A stretch of 64,000 nucleotides of DNA from Rhopilema esculentum (Eukaryota). Below the pieces are notes generated by a model that saw only the letters and a program-made list of their open reading frames with translations, ran no database searches and was not told the origin of the DNA. Positions 14,101-24,800 of the stretch are shown in pieces (the stretch's first letter is position 1; each line of letters begins with the position of its first letter). A program made the translations under genes and the position numbers. The stretch covers positions 9,744,265-9,808,264 of the forward strand of contig NW_027019299.1 in NCBI RefSeq assembly GCF_013076305.1, in the 5' to 3' direction.

Positions 14101-17100
14101 GCTATGCCAGAATAGCGTCTATCAAAATAAACGGAATCGAACGAAGTCCCATGGTGCGTGGTATGAATGTGGTCATTCTAGACGCGGCTGGAAATTACCT
14201 CATGTCGAAGAACTTTGATACAGCCGATCCAACTCGCGGCAGATCAGAAGGACAAAAAATGGCGCAGTTCTTGGACGATTTGCCTAGTGAAAGAATGGTC
14301 TGTGTTTCATCGTTAGAAGCCACCGGTAAGTAGGCCAGTTATTAAATTTAGCATAAAACACTTAAGTAGCTGGTAGACTTACTCAATGAGCCACTGTTCC
14401 GCTACTGCCTTATTTCATTGAAGCTACAACAGATGACATTCTGTTATAGCGTTCGTGAATTGAGGCTGTAGCGAAACAGAGGCTCATGGAGTATGCTGGA
14501 ATATTTGACTAAAGAAATTCTAACAAAGACCTTGATTTCGATTTCATTCACAAACATTCACGATTTATGACGATGATAAGATTAATTTCAATTTTTCAAT
14601 GTTTTACTAGATTACGCTAGATATTTCATAAATGAAGCTGGCAGTGTCTATGTATTCTGCTTTAGCTTAATCAACTGCCTTTGTCTGAGTCTATTGATGA
14701 AACGTCCTGTTGCTTAACTCTTCGCAGGTGAGGGCATGGGTGAAGTCAGAGAGGCGCTCATACGAGTAGGTGCCGACGAAGACAGCGAATCTGGAACTAA
14801 AGGATCTTTCGCCCTTCTTGGTTACACCGGCCCTGAGAAGGTCGTTTGGTTAAAGCAAGTCCAAAAGCCTCGTGGGCAAGGCCCTGCCAAAATCATGACG
14901 TTCGTTATCACTCCAGAAGGTGCCGAGAGACTGAGTAAGTATCTTTTTATTGTGTCGGGAAGTTTATTTAAAAAAACAATTCAATGTCCTTACGAATTTT
15001 AGTAGAAAGTTGGATTGCCAGGTTGTTGTTATATTCTATGTTCAGATGACCATTTATTTCCACTTTTCCTACCAGCCTTCAAATTCCCTTATCCTTTTTC
15101 AGAATTAGGAGAAGAAGATGTTTTCCAAGATTACGAACCAGGTACATTCTCAGAGTATGATGATTTCCAAAAGCAAGGTGAAAAAGAATTCGACCAAAAT
15201 TATGGTACGATGAACAACAAAAGCGCACGCGTGAGTTTCCTTTTGAGGGTTTTTCTTCTCCTTAGGACTGACTATTTTGCCACGATGAAAACCTTGTCCC
15301 GTTTTCTCATTCCCATTTGAAGGATTTAGTCTACTGTGAAATCCGTACTGTGAAATTCCTTACAAACTGAACAGAAATCATTTGGTCGATAAAGGTTTTA
15401 ATCAAGAATTTTGAGATTTAGAAATGCACATGCATGAAAGGGCAATAGGCCTAAAAAGGTGCACTTTTCCAAATGTTCTAAAGATGAATTCTCTCAAAAC
15501 GTGGATGTACATATGCCATTGGTGACCCTGGCTTCGAATCTCCCCGACTTTAATGTTGTTTTAAATCATCTTTGGGTAGTCTTTTTTCGTTAATACTGAT
15601 GACGCTTGTATGCTCAAGCAAAATAATGTTCCGTGTCATCTTTTTTAAGTCCATTATGAGAGCACTACCAGCAGAAGAGAAGGCGAAAATCGCCAAGCTG
15701 AATGAAGGCCTTCGAATGGAGAAGAACAGGCTGGTAACTGAAGTGAGCAAATGGGATGACCAGAGTAATGAAATCATTGTTTTGGCAAAGAAAATGTGTA
15801 TGATAATGATGGACATGTCTGATTTCACAAGGTACGTTCATCAAAGGTAGCATCGATAATGACTTTATTTTGTTATAGAGTTTCTTAATTAGGACGTAAT
15901 TTATTCTCAGAGTGGTTTGATCGGTCATGTGTTTGTGTTTCGATTCCCACGCAACTTTTTATCCTTCGATAGACTTCGTTAACTTCCTTCATGCGTTTTA
16001 TTAATGTCACATTTGCAAATATAATTGAGAACTTTATTTATTTTATGCTATCATATATTCATTCATTTTTTTGTTAACCAGGGGAACAGGACCGCTGAAA
16101 ACAACCATGGATGTTATTAAGGGAGCAGAGGTACGTTTGAGTAAAGAATCTGATAATTATTTTTCTTAAAACATGCAGATTCTGATCCGGGAAAAAGTAT
16201 TACCTGATGTAAATAGACATTTCTGCATGCGATCATAGAAATAAATCGCTAGCTTTTTTGTTACAGAGAATCGCAAAGATGGGACAAGCATTAAACAAGC
16301 TGGCTGGAGACATTGCCGAAATGGTGAGATTTGCCGAATTGTTTTTTGAAGATTGTGAACACCAGATTTTTTAATCATTATTTCTATTTGCGTTTCTGTT
16401 TGGCTGTCTGTCATTTCTCTTTTTAAACCATTTTTTGTCCTCTTATTTGATTCAAATTCATAAATAGCACTTGCTGGCTAAATGCAAAATTTCCAGCACG
16501 AGCTTGCCCATCCATAGAGAGGTTGACGTATTTTGGTTAAGACGTAGCATTAGACCAGTTTGTAATAATAGGCAGATATCTTGTTGCCAGGCAAATGTCA
16601 AGAATCGATATTGTTTATGATTTAAAGATAAAAACTTACTTTAGTTTTGGTTGTATAATATTTTGTTTTATCTCCAATTTTAGTGCCCACACAGCTCCAC
16701 GAAAAACGATTTGTTGGCCTATCTTCAAAGGATCGCCCTTTACTCTCACCAGCTTACGATTACGTCACGAGTCAAGGCTGATGTACAGATGATAAGTGGA
16801 GAGCTTGTTGTCTCTGGGGTATGCCTGTTGTTTTTGGTCTTGAAATGAATGCATAAATCCATGTAAACTGAAGCACAGATCATACCAAGATTATCCTTTT
16901 TGCATCACAAATGCAATTTGTATGTTTTAAGATGCATTTTGTTGTTTTACACTTTTTTCAATGGACGTGTGTGTTTCTTGCTTATTGCACGAAACGGTTT
17001 TAGTTGCTGTATTGTCTTACTTCGATACTGAATTGAATTGATAAAATGCGTTTACATGTATCTGTTAACGCATCTCTTTGTGGGCCTGGTCTCTTTGTGA

Positions 17101-18337
17101 TAAACACAAGCTCGAGGTTTTTATAAACTGCATTGCTCATTATTTTCCCTAGATGAATGGTTGATTGTTTACTCGCTAATTTTGTTTCGGTTTCATTCTA
17201 CGTTCGGTTTTATGAATGCAGTTAATGTTGCTGATTTATAACTTAACATCACTATGCAATCGCACAAAATACAACTCGAGAATAATAGATATATGATCTA
17301 GTAAAATGCCTAGTTTTAAGTGTCACTTTTGACTTTTAAATCTCCTTTAGCTGGACAGTGCAACGTCTCTTATTCAAGCAGCAAAAAATCTTATGAATTC
17401 GGTCATTCTCACTGTCAAAACATCATATGTTGCCTCAACTAAATTCAGGAAGGCTGACGTACGTATCCTTTATATTCCTCTCTGTCCAAATTCTTTTCAT
17501 TAAATTTCAAATGGCTCGACCTTTCAGCGTGCCTTTTTCTTTGGAAGTATTTGCTGTAGCCCACTCCGCGACCTATAACCATAAATCATTTAACACGAAC
17601 GTTTTTTAATGCAAAAGAAAACATGATTGTCATGCTTTGATGCTTGAATTTTTTATTATTTCAGGGTGTGGTTTTCGTTAATTACCTTCTCCTAAGCTAA
17701 CTGAGCACCTGTTGCTGAGAATACTGTTCATAAATTAATGCCAGTCAATTTTCAAAACATTTTTGCTAGTTTTCGGCTCTGGTCAACTTCATTTATTGTT
17801 TTGATAACATTGTCTCTTTGTGTTTTTGCCTTTTTAAGCAATCAAAAATTAAAATTGAATTATTTAATTAAAATTACTTGAAAAATAAATTGAATTCCCG
17901 GAAATCGTCAAGATGCGCAGTATAGACTAGTTTAAAGAATTTGTAAGAATTAAAAGGCAATTGTAAAACAAATTTATTTGCAGCACGGTCAAATAATTCT
18001 TAAGTATGAAGCTTTTTAAGACTTATCAATTAATATAAGTTTGAGTGGACTTCGGATCATATGTAGTAGTTTTTCTTCACTTTCTGGAGGTGATTTCTAG
18101 GTTCCTTTAAAAATATGTTTAGCTAGATAACGAATTTTACTTCACTTTGGTTAAACAAATAAATTCGCTGAACGAGTCCCTGCTTTATTGTAGAAACCAA
18201 TTGTCAGCTGGAAGATGAAAGCACCAGAGAAGAAGCCGTTGATCAAAGTCGATATGTCTGACACTCGGATGACCGTCCGCGGTACGGATACCCAACAAGG
18301 CCCGTCACCAATCCAACAGCTGAGCGAGATCCAGTGA
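2120..18337 (+). CDS. CTNNA: alpha-catenin (CTNNA/vinculin-superfamily) gene, 26 coding exons, 1253 aa including an inserted tandem ILEI cassette
   Basis: Hand-spliced exons (GT-AG, phases consistent; total CDS 3762 nt = 1254 codons with stop). E1 2120-2242; E2 4233-4416; E3 4878-5044; E4 5372-5491; E5 5977-6066; E6 6458-6631; E7 7574-7777; E8 8139-8213; E9 8925-9077; E10 9221-9313; E11 9896-10052; E12 10481-10681; E13 10960-11063; E14 11799-11846; E15 12312-12438; E16 12839-13096; E17 13335-13538; E18 14056-14325; E19 14728-14934; E20 15103-15230; E21 15650-15831; E22 16082-16130; E23 16267-16323; E24 16684-16818; E25 17351-17458; E26 18194-18337 (stop TGA 18335-18337). Translation matches alpha-catenin throughout. 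Examples: MATTTAVTDFKVEATKVKWDPKSVEIRTRSVEKTLEPLVHQ (human MTAVHAGNINFKWDPKSLEIRTLAVERLLEPLVTQ); AASNDFAADPCSSGKRSVMIRAARALLAAVTRLLCVADMADIYRLL; LADSSCTRDNTRDRLIAECNNVKQALQNLMDEYM; IDHVSDSFLETNVPLMLLIEAAEAGNEKEV; SKWDDQSNEIIVLAKKMCMIMMDMSDFTR; DLLAYLQRIALYSHQL; C-terminal SWKMKAPEKKPL. Confidence 0.9.
8447..8548. repeat. small MITE-like element with ttaggggctga / tcagcccctaa terminal inverted repeats and internal G-runs
   Basis: ttaggggctgaatcttgattttggggggctaatcttgc ... tttgggggggggctactcagcccctaa. 11-bp perfect TIR. Lies in alpha-catenin intron 8. Confidence 0.4.
9501..9690. repeat. perfect long inverted repeat (hairpin/foldback MITE): 66-bp arms around a loop of about 58 bp, inside alpha-catenin intron 10
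   Basis: Left arm aacgatcaatgtaagtaaattgtaccaggaaaatttttttttgaaataattaacgacatttcgagca. Right arm tgctcgaaacgtcgttaattattttaaaaaaatttttcctggtacaatttacttacattgatcgtt is its near-exact reverse complement. Confidence 0.7.
12839..13096 (+). CDS. alpha-catenin exon 16: first half of ILEI/FAM3-like (GG) domain copy 1; symmetric phase 1-1 exon (258 nt)
   Basis: Translation (G)KVQFEIHSEGGDDPGVKGEASIIVNGIECCPKRKGHNIVVLDEIGNVVATRSFNTVEAAEGMSMAKFLEDIPEEHIALIAVQDTT(G). Compare FAM3C [28 protein letters not shown]...[54 protein letters not shown]. Acceptor AG at 12837-12838, donor GT at 13097-13098. In frame with upstream alpha-catenin exon 15. Confidence 0.8.
13335..13538 (+). CDS. alpha-catenin exon 17: second half of ILEI-like domain copy 1; symmetric phase 1-1 exon (204 nt)
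   Basis: Translation (G)KGVEKAEAALKKLGAVEPMDPGFKGSWAFAGFKGAHHTKNWVTQVTRPRYHGPAMVADMINTPAADQ(G). The motif GFKGSWAFAGFKG parallels FAM3 GFRDNWVFCGGKG and GWRDTWAFVGRKG. Acceptor AG 13333-13334, donor GT 13539-13540. Confidence 0.8.
14056..14325 (+). CDS. alpha-catenin exon 18: first half of ILEI-like domain copy 2; symmetric phase 1-1 exon (270 nt)
   Basis: Translation (G)KIKVEISSEGLDDPGYARIASIKINGIERSPMVRGMNVVILDAAGNYLMSKNFDTADPTRGRSEGQKMAQFLDDLPSERMVCVSSLEAT(G). RGMNVVILDAAGNYL..KNFDT..FLDDLP aligns to FAM3C [30 protein letters not shown]. Acceptor AG 14054-14055, donor GT 14326-14327. Confidence 0.8.
14728..14934 (+). CDS. alpha-catenin exon 19: second half of ILEI-like domain copy 2; symmetric phase 1-1 exon (207 nt)
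   Basis: Translation (G)EGMGEVREALIRVGADEDSESGTKGSFALLGYTGPEKVVWLKQVQKPRGQGPAKIMTFVITPEGAERL. Paralogous to exon 17 (K/TKGSFALLGYTG versus FKGSWAFAGFKG). Acceptor AG 14726-14727, donor GT 14935-14936. Confidence 0.8.
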
Positions 18338-20487
18338 GGCTACTCAAGCCTCGTTAGTTAACCAAGAACCGTTAACTGCCATATAGAAACTGCTGTTTGT
18401 AAGCTGATAGCATAAGGATAATGGATTTTAAACAGAACGCGAAAATACAGTAGTTGTAGACCATTTACTGTCTTTGATATTTTAAAGGTCTGTTTGTATT
18501 CTATTTCAGGCAGACCATCCTCCGCAGGTACCGTTTCAGTCGGTCATATAGCATTTTTGATCAGCGTAATTTATTAGACCTCTATGATTGACGATCTTTG
18601 GTTTTCTATATGAGTATTTATTTTTGAACTTTCAATAATTTTGAAATGGTATACGGTTACTTTTTTTGATGATGACCTTTCTTGCCACAGTGATAACGAA
18701 GAGTAGCCTTGCAGGGTCAGGAAAAGTACTCACCCTACCTAACGAGTCAAATTTTTAAAACTTTCTTAAAAACAAGGAAATAGGGGCGTGGTTCAAGCCG
18801 GTTTACTCTAATTATTTCGTTTTGAAAGATATTGATTTTGCCTTGTGAACACCAGGTTTTTAGATTCTTTTATCCTTGTTTTTAAGAATTAAACCTCTAA
18901 TGCCAAAGTTTGTGTTCTGTGAAGGTTTTGGTTCTGCCAAGTGAACTATCAAATGCAAATTTTGCTGTAAATACTGCTGTGAAATCTGCGCAATAGCAGG
19001 AGATGCAAAGCAGTTAGGACACAGAAAAGATTTTCTGCTGAAAAAGCCAGCATTTGGTACACAAATTGTGTTTTTATGAAAAGTATAAGGTGGTAGAAGC
19101 CACAAAATGGAGCTCACTGTGCAGTAAACTCGTCTTAATTAGGGCGGAAACTTAATTTCCTACATTTTGAAAGTACGTATTGCTGAAACAATTTTCGCTC
19201 GAAACGCCAGTTATTTGCAAAAACTTGGAAACATAGGCCAGTATGGAAAGTTGGTTTTCTATGCACCAGATGCCACATATTTCCATTGCAGTTGTGCACC
19301 AAGTACCCTTATCAGGTGTGCACCAATTTATGCATGCATGCAGTGTAATTAGCTGAACAATACAACAACACAATAAAAAGACAAAACAGATAGATACAAT
19401 ACGAGTTATGTTAGAAAACCTCCCGGCTTGCGTCTAATTAAAAGCAAAGTTACAAGCTAAAATACTTTCATTAGACAAATCAATGAAAATGCATTAGAAA
19501 AAGGAACCACACAGATTTTTGTTGCCGTGGGGCAAAATTGACAGAAGTGGGTCCCTGCGAACGAAGCGACCAAAAAATTTTTTTGCCCACGTCCTTTAGA
19601 CTAGCTTGGAATGCATGTCAATATATTACTTGCAGCCATTTTTTAAAATTGTTTCCAAAATTTTATCATTTTTAAGAATACTTTTGTTATGTTTGATATT
19701 TCCCACCCTTCAAATGGATCTCAGAGGAGGCCCTTTTTCAGAGGCTCTTGTTGAATAGGAAGAAGAATCGTATGCTTTATTATTGTGTTTTATGTTTCTG
19801 CTTTTTCGTGCTTTTGGAATAAAAAATGTAAAACAATGTTTAATCTAATGATTTTTCTTGATGCTAATAAAGCAGCTGTCATGATTCGTGTGCTGTTTTA
19901 TTCTTCCTTGCGAGGCCTTTAGTTCATTCTCAGATAAGACTCACATAGAACTTAGATGAAACGAAGTAAACAGCAACAAACGTAAAGTCGAGCCATTTTC
20001 TTGGCATTTTGAAACTGGATTCAACGGGCACTATTGTAAGGCAGAGTGTGTCGTATTTTCATTTGATCTAAAATCCTTGGCTGTGTTGAGATCTTCCACT
20101 ATCTTAATCCTCTTTGATGTTCAAATATCTGTTCTCAAAATAAAAGACGCTCCAATACGAGCTTTTTAAATGACAATGACAATTAAAAATTGAGGGGGTC
20201 GGCAAGAAAGGGGTAGACGTTAGACACACATGTAGGAAATCAGCCGTGTGTTTAAGCATTTCGTTCAATACCAGTGTACAATGAATTTATTTTTGGCACA
20301 TTCCTGTTCCAAGTCCCCCTCCACCCACTCCGACGGCTTTGCTTTATACAGGGCTCACGCTGCAGGGAAATTTAATTCACATGGCTGCGCAAGTCTGCTA
20401 AGGCCCTTGAGATTCTTCTTCTTAGAGCAAAATTTTAAAAAATTGAAACAAAATGGCGATTGATCAGCAAAGGAAGTAATCCACAGT

Positions 20488-21765
20488 AAAGCCGCATTTA
20501 CACGATCAAGTTTCCCTTGACAATTTTTCTTTGAGAAGTTTATTTTGCTCGTGTAGATTGGGGTTGATTGAGGAAAAATTACAATTTTTTACTTGACAAG
20601 TGTACTTGTTCAAAAGCTGGCGTGCCAGTTTTTCAGCAAGTGCACTTGACAAGTAAAAAATTGTCATATGCAAAACTTCCCCGTGTAGATGACTTGACAA
20701 GTAAACTTGACAAATTTGACTCAACTCCAGACCCTTCTTTCCGGGTGAGTAATTGCTTTTTCTTAGCTGTCATGGCCGCCACGAGGTTAATCTGGACTGA
20801 TTAAGGAACCTCAATGCCCTTGGAAGCTCTGCAAAGCCGCAAAAGCCTTTGGAATACACAACAAGTTTCAAAAATAGGTAGACCAATGAAATATGATTGC
20901 CTGCTAAGATTTCCAATGAAAATTTCAAAGACTTCAAACGCAAAATTTTAACCATTGGACTTACTGTGAGTCTGAGTTCCCCAATCAAGTTTCCTGCTAA
21001 TCCTTTGATCTGTCTGCGACGATGGCTCGCCCAAGGCCGAACCCACCACTTTTCGCTGCCTTTTTTTCTTAGATTCACAGTACATTAGTAGGGCTGCGGC
21101 TGTCCCACACACGAACAAAGTTACTTCTTCGTTAAAGAGGCCATTTTGGCAAGAAAAATTTGCACAAGTACACTTTATTTTATAAGAACCAGTAAATTTA
21201 AGTTCAAGCTGACTGTTCTTAATTTTTTCGAAAATCTGAGGCTGGATGGTTCTTAATTTGTTCTTAAATTAAGAGGGTGTAAGCAGTGCTATTGCTAGCT
21301 TTTTCGCTCTAAGAAAGTGTTCAGGCCTCATTTGCCAACAGAGTGAGTGAGACAGCCTTAATTTGCTGACAAATTTGAATATTCACCGAAAAAGCACCCA
21401 TCGCTAAAAATCCTCGATTTTGAGAAAAAACGTTGTTCAAAGTTGCATTTTGCAAAAGCTCAGCCTCAGCTTGTTCTTAATTTGTACTTAACTTTTGACC
21501 AGTTTTGAGGCTCGTGTTCTTATAAAAAAAATAGTGTAATGAGCCGCGTCAGAAAACCGAAGCTAACCTATAAACTCCGCTTGCCATAACACAAATAGAT
21601 ATTGTCAAAGAGATTTTTTATCTTTCTACGCGAAATGTGTAGAAATTGTCAAAAAAAACTTGTTTATAATCTACACGGGCAAGGAAACTTGTCATGGAAA
21701 ATTGCTAAGGAAAAATTGCTCGTGTAAACGCGGCCATTTACACGAGCAATAATCTACACGGATTC
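20488..21765. mobile_element. non-autonomous DNA transposon / large MITE (about 1.28 kb) with about 35-bp imperfect TIRs and subterminal CGTGTAGAT repeats
   Basis: Left end gccgcatttacacgatcaagtttcccttgacaattt. Reverse complement of right end ggccgcgtttacacgagcaatttttccttagcaattt. Subterminal motifs ttgctcgtgtagattgggg / ccccgtgtagatgacttgacaagt on the left mirror atctacacgggcaaggaaacttgtcatgg on the right. The right end also forms a local palindrome ttgctcgtgtaaacgcggccatttacacgagcaa. The internal 102-aa ORF (20770-21078, minus strand) has no recognisable transposase motifs. Confidence 0.6.
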
Positions 21766-21896
21766 AAGAACCATTTATTTCCGGTTCCATCTAAGCGAAC
21801 GTGAAATCGAGGCATCGCTGTTTGATACATCTGAGAATTGAGCTTGTTCGGCAGGGAAGGTGGTGTTTGTCTGTAGTTCAGTGCTTTGTTGTAGAA

Positions 21897-24800
21897 ATGA
21901 CGAGCAAGAATCAAATTCTCCGGCTACTGCCGTTGCAGTATTCTCATATCCTCGACATGGTAAGAAAGTCTTTGTGCATTTCGTAATTGTAACTAACGTA
22001 TATCTAGGACGCGATCGCATGACTGCCTACTCAGCATTTTCGACTGCTGGCATCCATTAAAATAATATCTGGGCATAAGTAGCAGAGAAAATCGCTCCAC
22101 TTGGACTCCTGTCTTATTTTTTATCAAATCGTAGCTGCTGGTATCAATGTACACTTGGCCTTTACTCAACGCACTGAAAACATCGAGTTATTGCACCATC
22201 GCTCTGTCGGATTCCTCCTTACGTCATGGCGGAAGTGTCAAAGGCTGGGCCTAGGCGGGCGACCCATACCTAGTTTAGTCCAGTTTAGCTTTGAATATAA
22301 CCATATCAACTTAGTTTTTAACATTGCACTGCAAATCGCAATAGGTTTTATGATAAGGCAACAGGCAATATTTAAGTTTTTTGTAAAGGAGATTTTTGAC
22401 ACCAGAAGCAATTTCTAATAAAAACAAAAACAGTTTAATACCCACCTGAAAATGTAGCAGAGCCAGACTGTAAAATTTGGGTATGCGCTGGGAACACATT
22501 CCCTGTGCAATGATTTTCCCTGGAATCCTGTCCGCACATATTTGCAATTTAGATTAATCTGCCAAGTTGCAGAACAGACTTTCATTCAAATTTCATGCAC
22601 TGCCTCACTACAAGGCTTGATGCTATTTAAAAATAAAATAAGCTTTTTCTAGTGCCCATCAGGTATGGTCTGCAGTATTAGACATGCAAATGAATTTTTG
22701 CCTTTGGAATGACTATGCAAATACCTGTCATAAAATGTATTATGTGACAGTTGTTGTTGGGCATTCTTTTTTATTTACAATGGCCTTTGCCATTAAAACA
22801 GTACTGTATTGTTGTCCTGCAAGTTTCCTGTAAGTTTTTGTCAAGCCTTGTTAAGAAACTAGGCCAATAACAGGTCTGTCTTGCAAACATCAAAGGTTCC
22901 AGTCTGGCAAGATTGCATTTAAAGTGTACTCTGCAGTGAAGGTAGGTCATTGCAGTCATGAATGTATGTAAAAATTTATTTATCTGTGCCAAAGCAGTAG
23001 AGAGTTTATGCTATTAGACCAAAACTAATCAATGCAACATCAGCCTAATTTTTACATACATAGAGAAAGGAAGGCTAATTTTAATGTTCTAACTCCAATC
23101 TGTTTGAAAGTTATAGCTCTTCAGAAATTGGATCAAATTCCCAAAAATATTCTCGTAGCAGCTTTCTTGGATTTCACAGCTATAAAAATAGACATTATAT
23201 ATCTTTTTGATTTCACTGTCCTCCATCCTGAAAATTGGTAAAATTCTATTATTTTAGGAGCTAAATCCAAAAATGAAATGAAAACAGACAATTTTTCATG
23301 TTCAAATGGCAATTAACAATTTTACTTAAGTTGAAATGGGAAAATGGCTTCTTCCAGATCACTGAGACATCAGACAGATTTGTTGAAAGCTTAAAAGTAG
23401 CTTCAGTGTTGTCAAATAATATCAAACAAACCTATTTTTCAAGAATTTTTAAATAATACAAAATCATCACATATTTTTCAAAAACTATAAATTTCATCTG
23501 ATACATCATGCCAAATTTATGATTTTTTCTGATTACAAATTTTCGTAAAACAAAGTAGAGGTTTGGGTTGGCTAGAGGATGATAAACCGTTGATAAGATC
23601 CACCAAGAGAATGCAAGGCCAAAGATATCAATTTTGAAAATTTAGTATCCTTATAGCACAAACAGGTTAAGTTTTTGGTTTTGGAGAAAGTAAGATGTGA
23701 TTTTCCACACTTGTTCCACAGTTCCTCAAGCCTTAAAAAAACTTAGATTCACTGGCATCATTGGCCTAATATTCACAAGATTGAGCCTTATATTGGCCTT
23801 CATGGATTTGGCTCAACAAACTCCACTATTCTCAGATGAAATTGAATTTTAGATAATGCATATGATTAGCTTTTTATTCTAAGTCAGCTGTGGAAGCTTT
23901 GAATTGCACTTGATATCTTCTGAATTTCAGCAATATGCATTTGAAATCTATGGACAAAGAAGTGTTTGAATTTTTAAGACTGTTTTCTAACATAGTGCTT
24001 TGTTTCCAGAGTATTTACTACCCTTAAATGACAGTAATAAATCCTAAAGATTAAAACTATCTATCCCTTGTTTAGAATACAAATATAACCTCTTTGAGAC
24101 TGGGGCCTGGCACATTTATTTTACAAGACAATGAACAAGTGGTGTTGGATCCAGTTCAGATGGTCAAAGTGCCTCCTGGACATTATTGTATCATTCAGAA
24201 TCCTGCAAAGTAAGTGTAAAATGAGTTTAAACAATTAAACGTGACAAACCATTCATATGATTGCCATTTTTAAACATATGTTATTGTATAAAGCTAGATG
24301 TGGGAATACAGTAGTAAGTATTGCTATTTATTTTGTGGCATATTGACATTGATTTGAATTCCTAAAGTTGGTTTTAATATTTAGGATGTATAAAAATGTG
24401 TTTCCTTTATTAAAAGTATTGTTTTGTTTTATAAAAGTAACAATGGTTTTACCATTTTAATGAGTAAGTGGTATCCTTAAATGATGTACTTCCTCCCAGC
24501 AGATGTATTCTGCCAACAACTTGCTCAAATTTTGTTGTTCATTTGACAATGATGTGTCTATCTTTTTGCTTTCAAATTGCACTAGTTGATAACTTTTCCC
24601 CTTTTTTTACATTTGTGAAGAATAAGGTATCTTGTCAACTTGTTTTGAAGGCATAGTGATAAATTTATTGACATGTTAAGCTGTTATGTTTGATCTAAGT
24701 TTTGTTTTGGAATTTCTTTAGACTTCCCGTGCCGTCTGGAAGACAATGTGAGTTGAAATTTGGACAAACTGAAGTGCGATTCCATCAAGTAAGTCAATTT

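Noticed and set aside
22205-22260. acgtcATGGCGGAAGTG as the MVP start codon
   Set aside because: Its frame stops after 15 codons with no in-frame donor. The genuine N-terminal exon was found at 21897-21959.
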